IMG/VR virus record: IMGVR_UViG_3300037458_000317
Location: 1-41,860 of that record
DNA from: a virus
Lineage: Duplodnaviria; Caudoviricetes
Reading direction: 5' to 3' (one strand)
DNA: 41,860 nt
This document shows, piece by piece, positions 17,267 through 27,198 of the stretch. Each line of letters opens with the position of its first letter. Position 1 is the first letter of the stretch. Made by a program: the position numbers and the translations under genes. The notes under the pieces were generated by a model. The model searched no databases and was not told the origin of the DNA. It saw only the letters and a list, made by a program, of their open reading frames with translations.

Positions 17267-19207
17267 TTATATTATTGAATTTGTTACTGTTGTTATAGTG
17301 CCAGTACCTGAATCGTTCAGAATACCAACAACTAAAGATCTACCTCGATTACCAGTGACAACATTATTTGTGCATCCAGTTGCAACCTCAACCCCGTAAA
17401 TAGCCTCTCCATATATTAAATTATTTAAAATTAAACATCTGCTTGTAGCAGCACTTAATTTAATCCCATGATAAGACGAACTACCATAAGAAGCATCACG
17501 GATCTCATTGTTGCATACATGACATGTAGTACAATTAGTTAACTCTATCCCATGTCGAATTGTTCTATATGTTTTATTTCCAGAAACTGAACCGAGTAAC
17601 AACCCTGATATAAAAATACCATAAGAGCTTTCGATATGATTGTTATCAATTGTTGTCATGTTATTAACGGATGTCGCTTCGGTTAAACTAACAAAAATTG
17701 AATATGTGGTGCAGTTTTTGATGTAGTTATCGGATATCGTAATACCTTTGAAAATCATATTCGGATAATCTGGAGTGTTGTAAAATCTTACCCCAACATT
17801 ACATGCATCAATCGAGTTATGAGTTATTTTATGGCCTGAGCATGACCGGTCACCGATAAATACACCATCCCAACATCCAAAAACTCTATTGAATTGAACG
17901 GAGCAATCCTGACATTGTTGCATGTCAATACCATTATTACCAAACTCAGTAACAATATTATGCATAACCTGCAAGGCGCTTTGATTCTGGCATGAGATGC
18001 CTTGCGAGTCAGCCTCAGCTAGTCCGTTATTTCCTCTGATGTAATTGTTCGTGATAACATTCAATTGAACAGCAGCATTTAACAACTCTTCTCTGACATA
18101 GATCCCCCATCGACATTGAGTCATATAGTTGTTATCAAAAGTACATCTGCTTGCCGCGTTTGAGTAAATAGAGCATCGGAAATTACCTACAGTGCTCGCT
18201 CCATTACCGCAATCTGTGATTATGTTATCTTTAATAATTACATCGCTGGCATTATTGACTACGGCAGACTGACCTGTATTTTTAATCTCACAATTAATTA
18301 CAGATGAACCGGCAGCTGCGGCATCAATAATAATACCAAGGCTTAAATCTATGTCATTACCATTAAGATCAATTCTATCAATCACATGTCCATAACTATA
18401 TATACGCGTCATTGTAATTGCTGACGTAGTAGTAAGTTTACCGTTGAAAAACCGTCTTTTACACGCACCGTTATAAATAACAGTTGACGCAATGTTATAT
18501 GTTAAGCCAAGTAGATCAACATCGTTTGATAGTGTGGCTGCGAAACATGAATTTAATGATAAAGAATCGTTTGTGAGTCCATCCCCAATCGCGCCAAACA
18601 TTAATGGGTTAATAATGTCTGCGTTAACACGCAACCAAACTGCGCCACCTGATGTTTTTATAATTGTTCCATTATTGTCTGTGTATGCGCTTCCGTTTGT
18701 AATCGCTCTGAATTCTCCTCCGCCTAGCCCAGTTCCAGCTGTATGTTGTTTTAGTGTAATTAATTGCCCGTCATAACCTGGTTCTATTGCTCTTAATGCT
18801 ATAATATCAGGGCAAATACCTATAAGTTTCTGTCCATCGTAGGCATTTAACTCACCCCTCAACGTCAAATCTGTCCTATCAACCCACGCGCCAGCGCCAA
18901 TTCCGCCAGATGTTGCTGGCGTTGCGCCGGCAGCTACGACTTTCGGAAACGTGCCTGCCCACGAATACTCGTGCCCGTTATATTCCAGCGTTTGACGCAT
19001 ATTTGTCAGCGTATAGCCTGTTGCAACATCACCAACTCGATAAAACGACCCTTTAGCAAGTCGGCCTTCAAAGCTGTCACGAGTTACTCCAAATCTGTCA
19101 ACCCACGTTGCCGCGGTTGTGCCAAGTGCTGTGTCAAAATTCTCAGCGTTGTCTGACAGGTCTCTTGCGTCAGTTGAGCCGATTGGATTACCAGTGTTAA
19201 ATGCCAT
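17267..19207 (-). CDS. Tailspike with parallel beta-helix (putative depolymerase)
   Basis: NTGNPIGSTDARDLSDNA anchor, YSWAG.FPK..GAWV domain, MFGAIGDG..ND, Asn/Ile-rich helix repeats. Confidence 0.9.
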   Translation of the reverse strand: MAFNTGNPIGSTDARDLSDNAENFDTALGTTAATWVDRFGVTRDSFEGRLAKGSFYRVGDVATGYTLTNMRQTLEYNGHEYSWAGTFPKVVAAGATPATSGGIGAGAWVDRTDLTLRGELNAYDGQKLIGICPDIIALRAIEPGYDGQLITLKQHTAGTGLGGGEFRAITNGSAYTDNNGTIIKTSGGAVWLRVNADIINPLMFGAIGDGLTNDSLSLNSCFAATLSNDVDLLGLTYNIASTVIYNGACKRRFFNGKLTTTSAITMTRIYSYGHVIDRIDLNGNDIDLSLGIIIDAAAAGSSVINCEIKNTGQSAVVNNASDVIIKDNIITDCGNGASTVGNFRCSIYSNAASRCTFDNNYMTQCRWGIYVREELLNAAVQLNVITNNYIRGNNGLAEADSQGISCQNQSALQVMHNIVTEFGNNGIDMQQCQDCSVQFNRVFGCWDGVFIGDRSCSGHKITHNSIDACNVGVRFYNTPDYPNMIFKGITISDNYIKNCTTYSIFVSLTEATSVNNMTTIDNNHIESSYGIFISGLLLGSVSGNKTYRTIRHGIELTNCTTCHVCNNEIRDASYGSSSYHGIKLSAATSRCLILNNLIYGEAIYGVEVATGCTNNVVTGNRGRSLVVGILNDSGTGTITTVTNSII

Positions 19208-19253
19208 CTATTAAATTCCTGTTATTAATAGTCTAAACCTATTGTAGCGCCAT

Positions 19254-19712
19254 TTAAGCTGCAGGCCATAAATCATTTAATGCAACATCAATAATTGACG
19301 AATCAAAGACATACTGAGGAGAATAAACCCATGACGCGCCAAGCGTGTTTCGCTCTTTGATCTCAATAGTCGCAGACACAGTCCATTTGTCATATGCAAT
19401 CAAAACAGGTCCTTCGTAAATACCGGTAAATCGGCATTCGTAATTGCCGGTAAACATCGGAGTCTTGAGCGGCAGAAAAAACCAGTCTGCACCGTCAGCG
19501 ATGGAATATCTGAAAAACGCTTCAAATAGTTGCGCCTGCTGCTCAGTTAAAAACCACTGTACAGCCACACTCGACGGAACGGACGTGTAAACTCTGCGCT
19601 GTCTTGCACGTCCAGACACCATCTGTGTGCGTTGTAGTGGGCTAACATGTTGGATTGCATAGCCGGATTGCTCCGGCAGTGGTAGTTGTTCAGGCCACGA
19701 TACTAATGACAT
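19254..19712 (-). CDS. Distal/minor tail protein
   Basis: WPEQLPLP, RTQMVSGRARQRR, GADWF; directly after the tape measure. Confidence 0.82.
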   Translation of the reverse strand: MSLVSWPEQLPLPEQSGYAIQHVSPLQRTQMVSGRARQRRVYTSVPSSVAVQWFLTEQQAQLFEAFFRYSIADGADWFFLPLKTPMFTGNYECRFTGIYEGPVLIAYDKWTVSATIEIKERNTLGASWVYSPQYVFDSSIIDVALNDLWPAA

Positions 19713-19715
19713 TTG

Positions 19716-22265
19716 TTATGCCCCCACTCTTGATAGGCCGTATGTTCTTTCTAGCACTTGCGCCATGCTTCCCTCGCTGCGAATATCGGCAACAAAAACA
19801 TTGATCTGCACTGACCCGTCATCGCTTGTTGATTGCTGCGTAGTTCCTTGCTGGCTTGTGTCGCTGGTTTCTTGCAGTGATACGTTAACTGTGACATTGC
19901 TTGAACCACCAACAGATACACCTTTGCCGCCAGATTTCGTGTGGTCAATAACCGTCTCTTGCGGGTGCATCATCGCCCAGAAACCACCCTTGCCATCCAA
20001 CCCACCAGAGCGCGAACCGTTACCGGTATATCCGCCACCGTCAAAACTCGGTGAAGCTACTGACATTATATCTGAAACAAGGCTTCCGGTGGCCGCCACT
20101 ACACCTGCTGCATAAATTGCCCCATTCGGCCAGCCTGCTTCCCATGCAGATGCAATACCGGTTTTAATGGCAAGAATGGCGCGTTGAATGCTAAACGCCT
20201 TCTGCACTGCGAACATGGTCTGATAAGCTGCTGACTGCTCGCCGACCATTTTTCGTAGGCTATCTGCGGCACTGGTAGCCATTGATTCGCCAGCCTGCAG
20301 TTGCAAGTTCATCATCGCTTCCTGTGCTGCTTTGTTGTTTTCTTCCTTTTTCTTCTCCAACGCTGCGATCTGCGAGTCATAAAACGCTGCGTTCTCAACC
20401 TCGGACGCTCTAAACCGCTTATAATCATCTATCCGCTGGCTATAAGCATCGTTCATCGCGGTTGTTTGCGTTTGAAGCTGCGCGATCTGGTTCTGCTCGT
20501 TAGTCTGCGATCCAGCGTCAAACGTTGGCAAATTAGCAAACGTTTGCTCTTGCAGTTTTTTGTCGATGCCAGCAACTACTATTTGCTGTTTTGGGCCTGT
20601 TAACTGCGTTTGCGCTTGCTGTTTTAGTTTCAACAATGCAGCCGATGAGCCGTTTAGATACTCAGCCCACTGGTCATCATTCAGTTTTTGCAGTCGGCGG
20701 TTTGCTTCATCGACTATCGCCTGTTTACCGAATTGATATTCGGACTCTTTTACCAATCCTTGTGAGTGGAATGATTCAAGTTTTAACAGTTGATCTGTTT
20801 GCCAGTTTTGGATCTGCTGCGCTTCTGTGGCGTTGAAGCGTGAAACCTCAGTGAGATATTCGGTAGCGTTTTTCTGCATTGTCGCCAGCTTGCTGGCTGC
20901 CGCGTCAGTTCCTTTCCCTGTTGCGGTTGCTGCTGATGTTGTTTTTCCGCCAGTTATCGGCGCCGATGACAGCGCGATCTTGTTTGCTTCTGCTCGTTTT
21001 TCAAATGCAGCACGAACCTCATCGGCCTTCTTTTTCATCTCATTTGATGCGCTAATGGCTGCTGTTCGCTCCGCCATGAAGCCGTCAATTGTGGCATCTC
21101 GCGCTTTGTTTATTCCATTTATTTTCTGCTGCACATAACTATCAATCTGCTCACCGTCACCCCAGTTTCTAGGATCAAGATAGAATGCGATCTGCTCACC
21201 ATAAACGGCTGCTTTATCAACTAAAGACGCCAGCTCAACAACAATAACCTGTATCGCTGCCTTTACGTTGGCAGGAAATTGCCAGAACGCGTCGGATAGG
21301 AACTGCGCCGAGTCTCTCCCGTCTGCATCAACCGCTTTAAGACCAGCATCGAAAATATCAACAATGGAGCGCATAACTTCGGTAACGTCAGATCCGGCTG
21401 TTTTCCACTGCACTGCAAACGATTCCGCGTATTTTCCAATCTGGCCGGAAGCAAACGCATTGGTTAGATCTAAGAATGACGCCGCCACGTCGTCAATTGC
21501 TGCTGAAATTACAGAAGTAGAACTGGTGGCGTCGTTAACTGCATTAACAAGCTGTGAGAAGTTATTTGATAGCGCCTGCGTTGCTTGCCCGACTGTGCGG
21601 GGCATTTTTGATGCCATTTCGTCAGCTCTTGCGCTGCCAGACAAAAGAGCATTGGCAAAGTCTTGTGCTGACAACTTACCAGCCAGCATTTGGTTGCGCA
21701 GCTCCCCCATTGAGATACCCATTGATTTCGCAACCTCTTGCGCGATCATTGGTGTATTTTCAACGATGGAGTTAAATTCTTCTGCTCTGACAATGCCCCC
21801 AGCCATCGATTGCGATAACTGCATCATTGCATTAGACATTGCTTCAGGTGACGCGCCGGAAACGATACCGAGTTTGTTGATGGTGTCAGTTAATTGCAGT
21901 ATCTGACCTTGCGTAGCGCCCATTGATTGCAATGATGACGCCATTCTAGTGTATAACTCTGAAACTGCGCCGATTGATGATCCAGAAGCATTAGCGATAC
22001 TGTTTAACTGTGACATCACCGCAGTGGCTTCGGTTGCGCTTTTTGTGTAGAGATTTATCTTTGCATTAAGCATCGTCATCTTGTCGGCGATCTTGATGAT
22101 CTCACCAACTGATGCTGCGCCAACGAAGGCCAGCATTGTTTTTGTGGCAGTCTTTACTGTGTCGTCTACTTTTTGCGCTGCGGACGAAAAAGAGGCGAGA
22201 TCCTTCTCGCCAGACTTGAGTTTGCGCGTATCAATTTCAATGCCAAGCTGTGCAATGTCCGCCAT
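19716..22265 (-). CDS. Tail tape measure protein
   Basis: QLSQSMAGGIVRAEEFNSI domain, FDGGGYTG, HPQETV; 849 aa. Confidence 0.95.
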   Translation of the reverse strand: MADIAQLGIEIDTRKLKSGEKDLASFSSAAQKVDDTVKTATKTMLAFVGAASVGEIIKIADKMTMLNAKINLYTKSATEATAVMSQLNSIANASGSSIGAVSELYTRMASSLQSMGATQGQILQLTDTINKLGIVSGASPEAMSNAMMQLSQSMAGGIVRAEEFNSIVENTPMIAQEVAKSMGISMGELRNQMLAGKLSAQDFANALLSGSARADEMASKMPRTVGQATQALSNNFSQLVNAVNDATSSTSVISAAIDDVAASFLDLTNAFASGQIGKYAESFAVQWKTAGSDVTEVMRSIVDIFDAGLKAVDADGRDSAQFLSDAFWQFPANVKAAIQVIVVELASLVDKAAVYGEQIAFYLDPRNWGDGEQIDSYVQQKINGINKARDATIDGFMAERTAAISASNEMKKKADEVRAAFEKRAEANKIALSSAPITGGKTTSAATATGKGTDAAASKLATMQKNATEYLTEVSRFNATEAQQIQNWQTDQLLKLESFHSQGLVKESEYQFGKQAIVDEANRRLQKLNDDQWAEYLNGSSAALLKLKQQAQTQLTGPKQQIVVAGIDKKLQEQTFANLPTFDAGSQTNEQNQIAQLQTQTTAMNDAYSQRIDDYKRFRASEVENAAFYDSQIAALEKKKEENNKAAQEAMMNLQLQAGESMATSAADSLRKMVGEQSAAYQTMFAVQKAFSIQRAILAIKTGIASAWEAGWPNGAIYAAGVVAATGSLVSDIMSVASPSFDGGGYTGNGSRSGGLDGKGGFWAMMHPQETVIDHTKSGGKGVSVGGSSNVTVNVSLQETSDTSQQGTTQQSTSDDGSVQINVFVADIRSEGSMAQVLERTYGLSRVGA

Positions 22266-22275
22266 GCGTCACCTC

Positions 22276-22695
22276 TTAAATTTTGAATTGTGCCCTGATT
22301 TTCTTTTCAATATCGTCAGGGTTTACTTTTATCTCTGCTTCAAGTGGCGATCTACACGATGCTACTTTAGACATTGCCCGCCAGCTTACATAGGTCTCAG
22401 ACAGTGAACGGATTATCTCTAATTCATAGCCTGAAAAATCAACCTCAATTGCATCGCGCCACGCTTTGATCTCTTGCCAGGTTAAAGGACTGAACCCGTA
22501 TTCTAAGCTCTGGCAAACGCCCAACTGATAAAGCGCATCAATGTATAGCCTTGTGCCTTTGATCTCTGGCGTCTTTCTTTTATCAGCTTTAACAAGTGCG
22601 CTTTTTCGCCGTGATGCTTTCCATTTGTCAGGCGTAGTATCTAACCACGCCTGATGAGCTATGTAGAGCCGCCAGCTTTCTACGCACTCGGCAAA
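22276..22695 (-). CDS. Tail assembly chaperone C-terminal extension (gpT-like, -1 frame)
   Basis: Open from the slippery site A_AAT_TTT (22701-22695) to 22276; contains PLTWQEI.AW. Confidence 0.8.
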   Translation of the reverse strand, partial: FAECVESWRLYIAHQAWLDTTPDKWKASRRKSALVKADKRKTPEIKGTRLYIDALYQLGVCQSLEYGFSPLTWQEIKAWRDAIEVDFSGYELEIIRSLSETYVSWRAMSKVASCRSPLEAEIKVNPDDIEKKIRAQFKI

Positions 22696-23069
22696 AAATT
22701 TGCGCGATCACCTACGAAGCGGTCGATCTGCTCTCTCAACCACGAGTATTTAGTCAGCATCATCACAGCATTTTCATAGCTGAATTTGATCTCAGTTTCA
22801 CCCTCGAAAATGCCAGTCCAGCCTAGGATGCACTTGGCGATCATGCTGATGTTGTCGGCATCTGCATCATATGTTTTTAGATCTTCCGCTGTACGCTCCA
22901 TTGATGCGACAGATCGCTGTTTTGCGAGATTACGGAAAGTCTTTGAGTCAGTGCCGATCACAGTCACTGTAGCGCCTAACGCTTCACCTGTAAGCGGGTT
23001 TTTAACCTGCATCACTGCGCCCGCTTCCGCCTTGGTTGCAAAGTCTAATTTTGTAAAGTCGAAACTCAT
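22680..23069 (-). CDS. Tail assembly chaperone (gpG-like)
   Basis: GTDSK.FR, WLREQIDRFVGDRANF; between tail tube and tape measure. Confidence 0.88.
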   Translation of the reverse strand: MSFDFTKLDFATKAEAGAVMQVKNPLTGEALGATVTVIGTDSKTFRNLAKQRSVASMERTAEDLKTYDADADNISMIAKCILGWTGIFEGETEIKFSYENAVMMLTKYSWLREQIDRFVGDRANFLPSA

Positions 23070-23080
23070 AAATCACCTAT

Positions 23081-23146
23081 CTGTCAGTAAAATTATTCTG
23101 CCAGTATTGAAAGAACCTGCGAGCCGCTGACAGGCCAACCCGCAGG
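23081..23146 (-). terminator. Terminator-like hairpin with potential pseudoknot
   Basis: 11-bp stem (23146-23116) then TTCTTT; loop CTGTCAG is complementary to downstream CTGACAG. Confidence 0.6.
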
Positions 23147-23163
23147 CTATCCGCTAGGATTTG

Positions 23164-23613
23164 TTAAACAGCGTCGTAAACGCGTGTTTTGTTAATAGCT
23201 ACTGATGTCTCAGCACCAACTACATCATCGGCAGCACCGAAAACGATGTCGAACTTGGTAACCAAGCCTGAGTAGTAAATGATATCGCCAGATTTCAGCA
23301 GAATTTTAAAATGGTAATTGCTATCAGACAGCAGCGCTGACTGCATAACTACCTGGCCAGCGTCGACAGAATCAAAACCCAAGGTTAAATCCTGTGAGCC
23401 ATTGTCCCGCGTACCTTTCAGTTTTTGCAGGTTACGGTCGCCGATTGGGTTGTGTTCTGTGATCGCATATTCAGATGCCAGCGTGCCCAAATCGGTGATC
23501 TCACCTACTTCTGCATATGTCAGTGCTGCATAGCCTGCGGCATCGTAAGTAGCCGGTGCGGTTGCGGTTGTTGATACGTAAAACTTGTTACCGGCATTAG
23601 TTGCAACGGTCAT
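23164..23613 (-). CDS. Major tail tube protein
   Basis: PATYDAAGY, VGEITDLG, KLKGTRDNG, DAGQ. Confidence 0.88.
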   Translation of the reverse strand: MTVATNAGNKFYVSTTATAPATYDAAGYAALTYAEVGEITDLGTLASEYAITEHNPIGDRNLQKLKGTRDNGSQDLTLGFDSVDAGQVVMQSALLSDSNYHFKILLKSGDIIYYSGLVTKFDIVFGAADDVVGAETSVAINKTRVYDAV

Positions 23614-23705
23614 TTTGAGCGTCCTCTTTTAGTTGTCATGACGCCACAATGATAGCATAAAACTATTGATGTGTAGTTATTGAAAGGTTTTAACGATTGG
23701 ATTGT

Positions 23706-24092
23706 TTACAGTGACTTGATTGCAGCATTAATCGCACGATTAAACTCCAATACCGTACCGCGCACCATGCTATCAAGCGTTTCGAGTTTTTGAATATAAG
23801 GCAGGTTATTCGACAAAATCCACCGATGCCCGTACATCTCCGATATTGCTTTGTTGCAATGGCTTAATGCAAATGGTATTGCCGAATGACCGCCACCCGC
23901 AAACTCGAAAACCTTTTCTTCTGCTGCATTGATTTCAGCGTGCCAATTCCCGCGCGCCCGACCAGTATCAACGCGGGTACGCGATATGACTTCGTTAGTC
24001 ATTTGCAGCGCGACGGCACGTGTTACTTTCTCAGCGTCTCCGCCTACTTTTTTGACCCACTTGTCGAGATTTCGCAGTTGGTAGATGGTCAT
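23706..24092 (-). CDS. HK97 gp10-like tail completion protein
   Basis: VDTGRARGNW, SNNLPYI..LE. Confidence 0.85.
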   Translation of the reverse strand: MTIYQLRNLDKWVKKVGGDAEKVTRAVALQMTNEVISRTRVDTGRARGNWHAEINAAEEKVFEFAGGGHSAIPFALSHCNKAISEMYGHRWILSNNLPYIQKLETLDSMVRGTVLEFNRAINAAIKSL

Positions 24093-24108
24093 TTTTTAAC
24101 CCTCTTAA

Positions 24109-24136
24109 TTGACAGTCAAAAAATAAACCTCATAAT
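24109..24136 (+). promoter_or_regulatory. Sigma70 promoter for the rha-like gene
   Basis: TTGACA-16-CATAAT. Confidence 0.7.
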
Positions 24137-24172
24137 AGAGAGTGCAAACATAACTATCATGAGGTTTTTATT

Positions 24173-24670
24173 ATGAATGATTTAGTATCAGTTAGTAATG
24201 GTAAGGTTGTTGTGACGTCAAAGCAAGTGGCGGATGCTTTCGGGAAGATCCACCGGCATATCCTGCGCGACATTCGAGATCTAATATCTGAATCTGGAGA
24301 GTTTGGACAGTCCAGTTTTGGGCTGTCGTCATATAAGTCATTGCAAAACAAAGAGTTGCCTTGTTACGAAATGACACGAGACGGGTTCTCACTTCTAACG
24401 ATGGGCTTTACTGGTAAGCAAGCCATTGAATGGAAAATAAAATACATCAACGCCTTTAATAAAATGGAAGCAGAGACCCTATCTAACCGAACGAAAGAGA
24501 TCTCAGTCATGGACGAGCTTAACAAGGCTTATTTATTGATGGAGTCAGACAAAGAGAAAGCGAGTGTTTTCGGTAGTGGATTAAATGAGTGGAAGCAAAT
24601 ACGAAAAGAGCACATGGAAAGAGTGAATAAACTACAGGAAGACGTGCAAATGTTGCTGAACTTCAAGTAA
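24173..24670 (+). CDS. rha: Rha-family phage regulatory protein
   Basis: TSKQVADAFGKIHRHILRDI, MTRDGFSLLTMGFTGKQA, YINAFNKME. Confidence 0.92.
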   Translation: MNDLVSVSNGKVVVTSKQVADAFGKIHRHILRDIRDLISESGEFGQSSFGLSSYKSLQNKELPCYEMTRDGFSLLTMGFTGKQAIEWKIKYINAFNKMEAETLSNRTKEISVMDELNKAYLLMESDKEKASVFGSGLNEWKQIRKEHMERVNKLQEDVQMLLNFK

Positions 24671-24690
24671 AAAAAGGCGCACGGATGCGC

Positions 24691-25074
24691 CTATGCCAAG
24701 GCCCGATAGTAAATAGACATCCTGATAACAGAATAAGCGCCTTCGTTGTCAATTTTAACCAAGTTACAGCGCGTCACCTCAAAACCGGAATACATCCCGC
24801 GCTTGAAATGCTCACTCAATGATTCCGCTGTGGTCATTTCTGTAGATCCGCTATTTGCAGGAGTCAAGATCTCAATCTGGTAGAAGCCATGGTAATCGGT
24901 TACGCCGCCATATTCAATCGCCAAGTGATTCGGCTCAGCAGAATAGAACCCCTCTCGCAGATACTGCACGCCAGTTGGCGAATACGGCTGATTCAGATAA
25001 GCAATAGGCGGTTTATTCGCCAGTGTGTTTAAGTGGGCGCGCATGGCCTTGTAGATGGTTTGGTTCACGCTCAA
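24691..25074 (-). CDS. Tail terminator protein
   Basis: IAYLN..Y.P, GFYQI, HFKRG; position. Confidence 0.75.
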   Translation of the reverse strand: MSVNQTIYKAMRAHLNTLANKPPIAYLNQPYSPTGVQYLREGFYSAEPNHLAIEYGGVTDYHGFYQIEILTPANSGSTEMTTAESLSEHFKRGMYSGFEVTRCNLVKIDNEGAYSVIRMSIYYRALA

Positions 25075-25436
25075 GCCCTCAATTGCACATAGTAAATAAC
25101 ATCAACGCCGCTTTCTCGAATTGGCTCACAGTTCATCACGCGATAGTTTTTCGAGTCAAGCAAGCACAGCCAGCCGACAGCAGGACGCAATGCACCTGCG
25201 CTGCAAATCAGCTTAATGTCGCCGCGCAAGATGTTGGTTCCGTCAATTTCAGCATTGGAGTAGCTTTCAGGATAGCCGTAAGCGGTTTGCGTTCCGTTCG
25301 TTCCGCCCGAAATCAAATCGCCAGTGTCGTTGTCGTAAATCGGATCTACTGCATAGCTAAAAACAACCTGCTCGCCTGACTCTTGCAGCATCTCTATCGC
25401 GGAGGTAATGTCCGCTTGTGCGTCTGCTATGCTCAT
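25071..25436 (-). CDS. Head closure / stopper protein
   Basis: EIDGTNILRGD, YYVQLR; position. Confidence 0.78.
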   Translation of the reverse strand: MSIADAQADITSAIEMLQESGEQVVFSYAVDPIYDNDTGDLISGGTNGTQTAYGYPESYSNAEIDGTNILRGDIKLICSAGALRPAVGWLCLLDSKNYRVMNCEPIRESGVDVIYYVQLRA

Positions 25437-25858
25437 GCCCTACTCACCTTAAACTGCGTTGAACCATACCCATTCTGCACATATCCGCGCAACAGCATGG
25501 ATAATTTCGGATACATGATGCTTTGCGGCCCAGATTCCGCGTATTTCGTCGTTAACGGGCCGACTGTTTTTTCAATCACGTTTTTACCGATTGATGCAGT
25601 TAAATCGCCACCTTTCATGTAAACCAGCGCCGCTTCGAGTTGCGCCTGCACAATCTTGTCCGGCACAACCGTGTCGCCGTCTCTAGGCCATTCCAGCGTT
25701 TGCAATGGATCTGTTTTCTCGCCGATAAACGGCTGCAACTCAAGCCAGTCAAGTGCCAGTTGCAGATTAACCGCACTGTCACCGCTTAAAACATAACCGC
25801 GCGCGATTGCATAAGCCGATAGCGCATCATCCGTTGTGTAACCCACTGTCACTGTCAT
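25433..25858 (-). CDS. Head-tail adaptor protein
   Basis: QTLEWPR, VPDKIVQAQLEAA, VGPLTTKY. Confidence 0.82.
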   Translation of the reverse strand: MTVTVGYTTDDALSAYAIARGYVLSGDSAVNLQLALDWLELQPFIGEKTDPLQTLEWPRDGDTVVPDKIVQAQLEAALVYMKGGDLTASIGKNVIEKTVGPLTTKYAESGPQSIMYPKLSMLLRGYVQNGYGSTQFKVSRA

Positions 25859-25879
25859 TTGCCGCCCTCCGTTGTTTTA

Positions 25880-26098
25880 TTAATTGTACGCTATGTCATC
25901 TGGATGCACAAAATGCACGCCGCATTTTACATAATCGACAATCACGTCATGCAAAACATCATTGATCGATACCGATATTTCATCTTGCCAGTGTATGTAA
26001 TTTTTTACGCCGGTTGCAGATAGCGCATCACATGCAGCAACGATCAACGCGCCGCCGTCTAACGTGCACATTTTATCAGGATCTAATTCGACAAACAT
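25880..26098 (-). CDS. Hypothetical protein
   Basis: 72-aa ORF in operon orientation. Confidence 0.6.
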   Translation of the reverse strand: MFVELDPDKMCTLDGGALIVAACDALSATGVKNYIHWQDEISVSINDVLHDVIVDYVKCGVHFVHPDDIAYN

Positions 26099-26155
26099 TT
26101 TTATTATCCCGTGATTTTCAGCAAAAAATAACCTGCCGAAGCGGGTAGTTAATTG

Positions 26156-26503
26156 TTAAAACTCAAGTAGCGATGCACTGAGACCCGTACCGCCAGTGAT
26201 AGCGATGACGCCAACCAGGTAGGCTCGGATCGTATCGAGTGGGATCGCCACTTCCGCGCCCGCTGCGATCGCGCCAACGGAATAGCCAGTGCTGACATCA
26301 ACGGAGCCGATACCCTGAACAGGATAAGTTGTTGCGCCTGCGCCGTCGATAACTGGCGTTAACGATCCGGCTGTACCGTTGCGCAAGATCAATATTTGCC
26401 CTTGACCAGCTTTATATGTAAACGTGTCAGATGCAGTCATTGTTGTCACTGTCACGGCTCGCTTTCCTGCGCCCTGCATTGATGTAGCCACAATTGTCGC
26501 CAT
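26156..26503 (-). CDS. Putative virion structural/decoration protein
   Basis: G/T/A-rich beta composition; GAGG RBS. Confidence 0.7.
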   Translation of the reverse strand: MATIVATSMQGAGKRAVTVTTMTASDTFTYKAGQGQILILRNGTAGSLTPVIDGAGATTYPVQGIGSVDVSTGYSVGAIAAGAEVAIPLDTIRAYLVGVIAITGGTGLSASLLEF

Positions 26504-26515
26504 TTTAGTTGTCCT

Positions 26516-26767
26516 CTATTGCCAAATTTTTACCGGAGGCTTTCCGGCACGATCCCATTCGATAGCATTGTAGCAGTGTTTTTCGCCGAAAACTTTATCT
26601 AGCAGCTTTTCTGCACGCAAAGCCCATCTTTTATTTAGCGTCGCAGCATAGCCGACTTCGCCGGATACTGTGTGATCTGGCCTGCCAAATATAACTGCCG
26701 AGCCCAATTGATCAAGCGAAAGTACAGCACAGTAAAGGCGATTAACGATAAGTTTTAACAGAGTCAT
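26516..26767 (-). CDS. Conserved phage hypothetical protein
   Basis: LDQL....GRPDHTVS...HC pattern; ATGA coupling. Confidence 0.75.
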   Translation of the reverse strand: MTLLKLIVNRLYCAVLSLDQLGSAVIFGRPDHTVSGEVGYAATLNKRWALRAEKLLDKVFGEKHCYNAIEWDRAGKPPVKIWQ

Positions 26768-27186
26768 AATCTTACAAGCCTCAACGTTTTTAATGTGCAG
26801 AACGGATCATGATCGATAAACACCTGCACTTTCGTCATATCAATGCCAGTAAATACTCCATCATTAAAGGCAGGGAAAACAACAAACTCTTTAACTTCAT
26901 CTGGCAGCGCTGAAAAGTAATCAAGTATCTGTGATACAGCTTTTGTGCTTGCTACAGCATACCGCTCAGCACCGTAGCTTATTACTTTTTCAATGCTTGA
27001 TGTTGGATTTCCATCTTCATCAACACCTTCAACATCATTGTCGGTTATAATTTCGACGGCAAAATCAGCTTGCTTAAATGTCTCTGCATCAGCATCTGAC
27101 GTACCTAGCATCAGTGCAAGTTGATTGGCCTGCTGCATCAACTCAGCAGGCACAACTACGATTAAATCATGCGTCCAATCACTCAT
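26764..27186 (-). CDS. Hypothetical protein, possibly partner/chaperone of the fibre protein
   Basis: AGGAG RBS directly after the 765-aa gene. Confidence 0.78.
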   Translation of the reverse strand: MSDWTHDLIVVVPAELMQQANQLALMLGTSDADAETFKQADFAVEIITDNDVEGVDEDGNPTSSIEKVISYGAERYAVASTKAVSQILDYFSALPDEVKEFVVFPAFNDGVFTGIDMTKVQVFIDHDPFCTLKTLRLVRL

Positions 27187-27198
27187 CTAATATACTCC

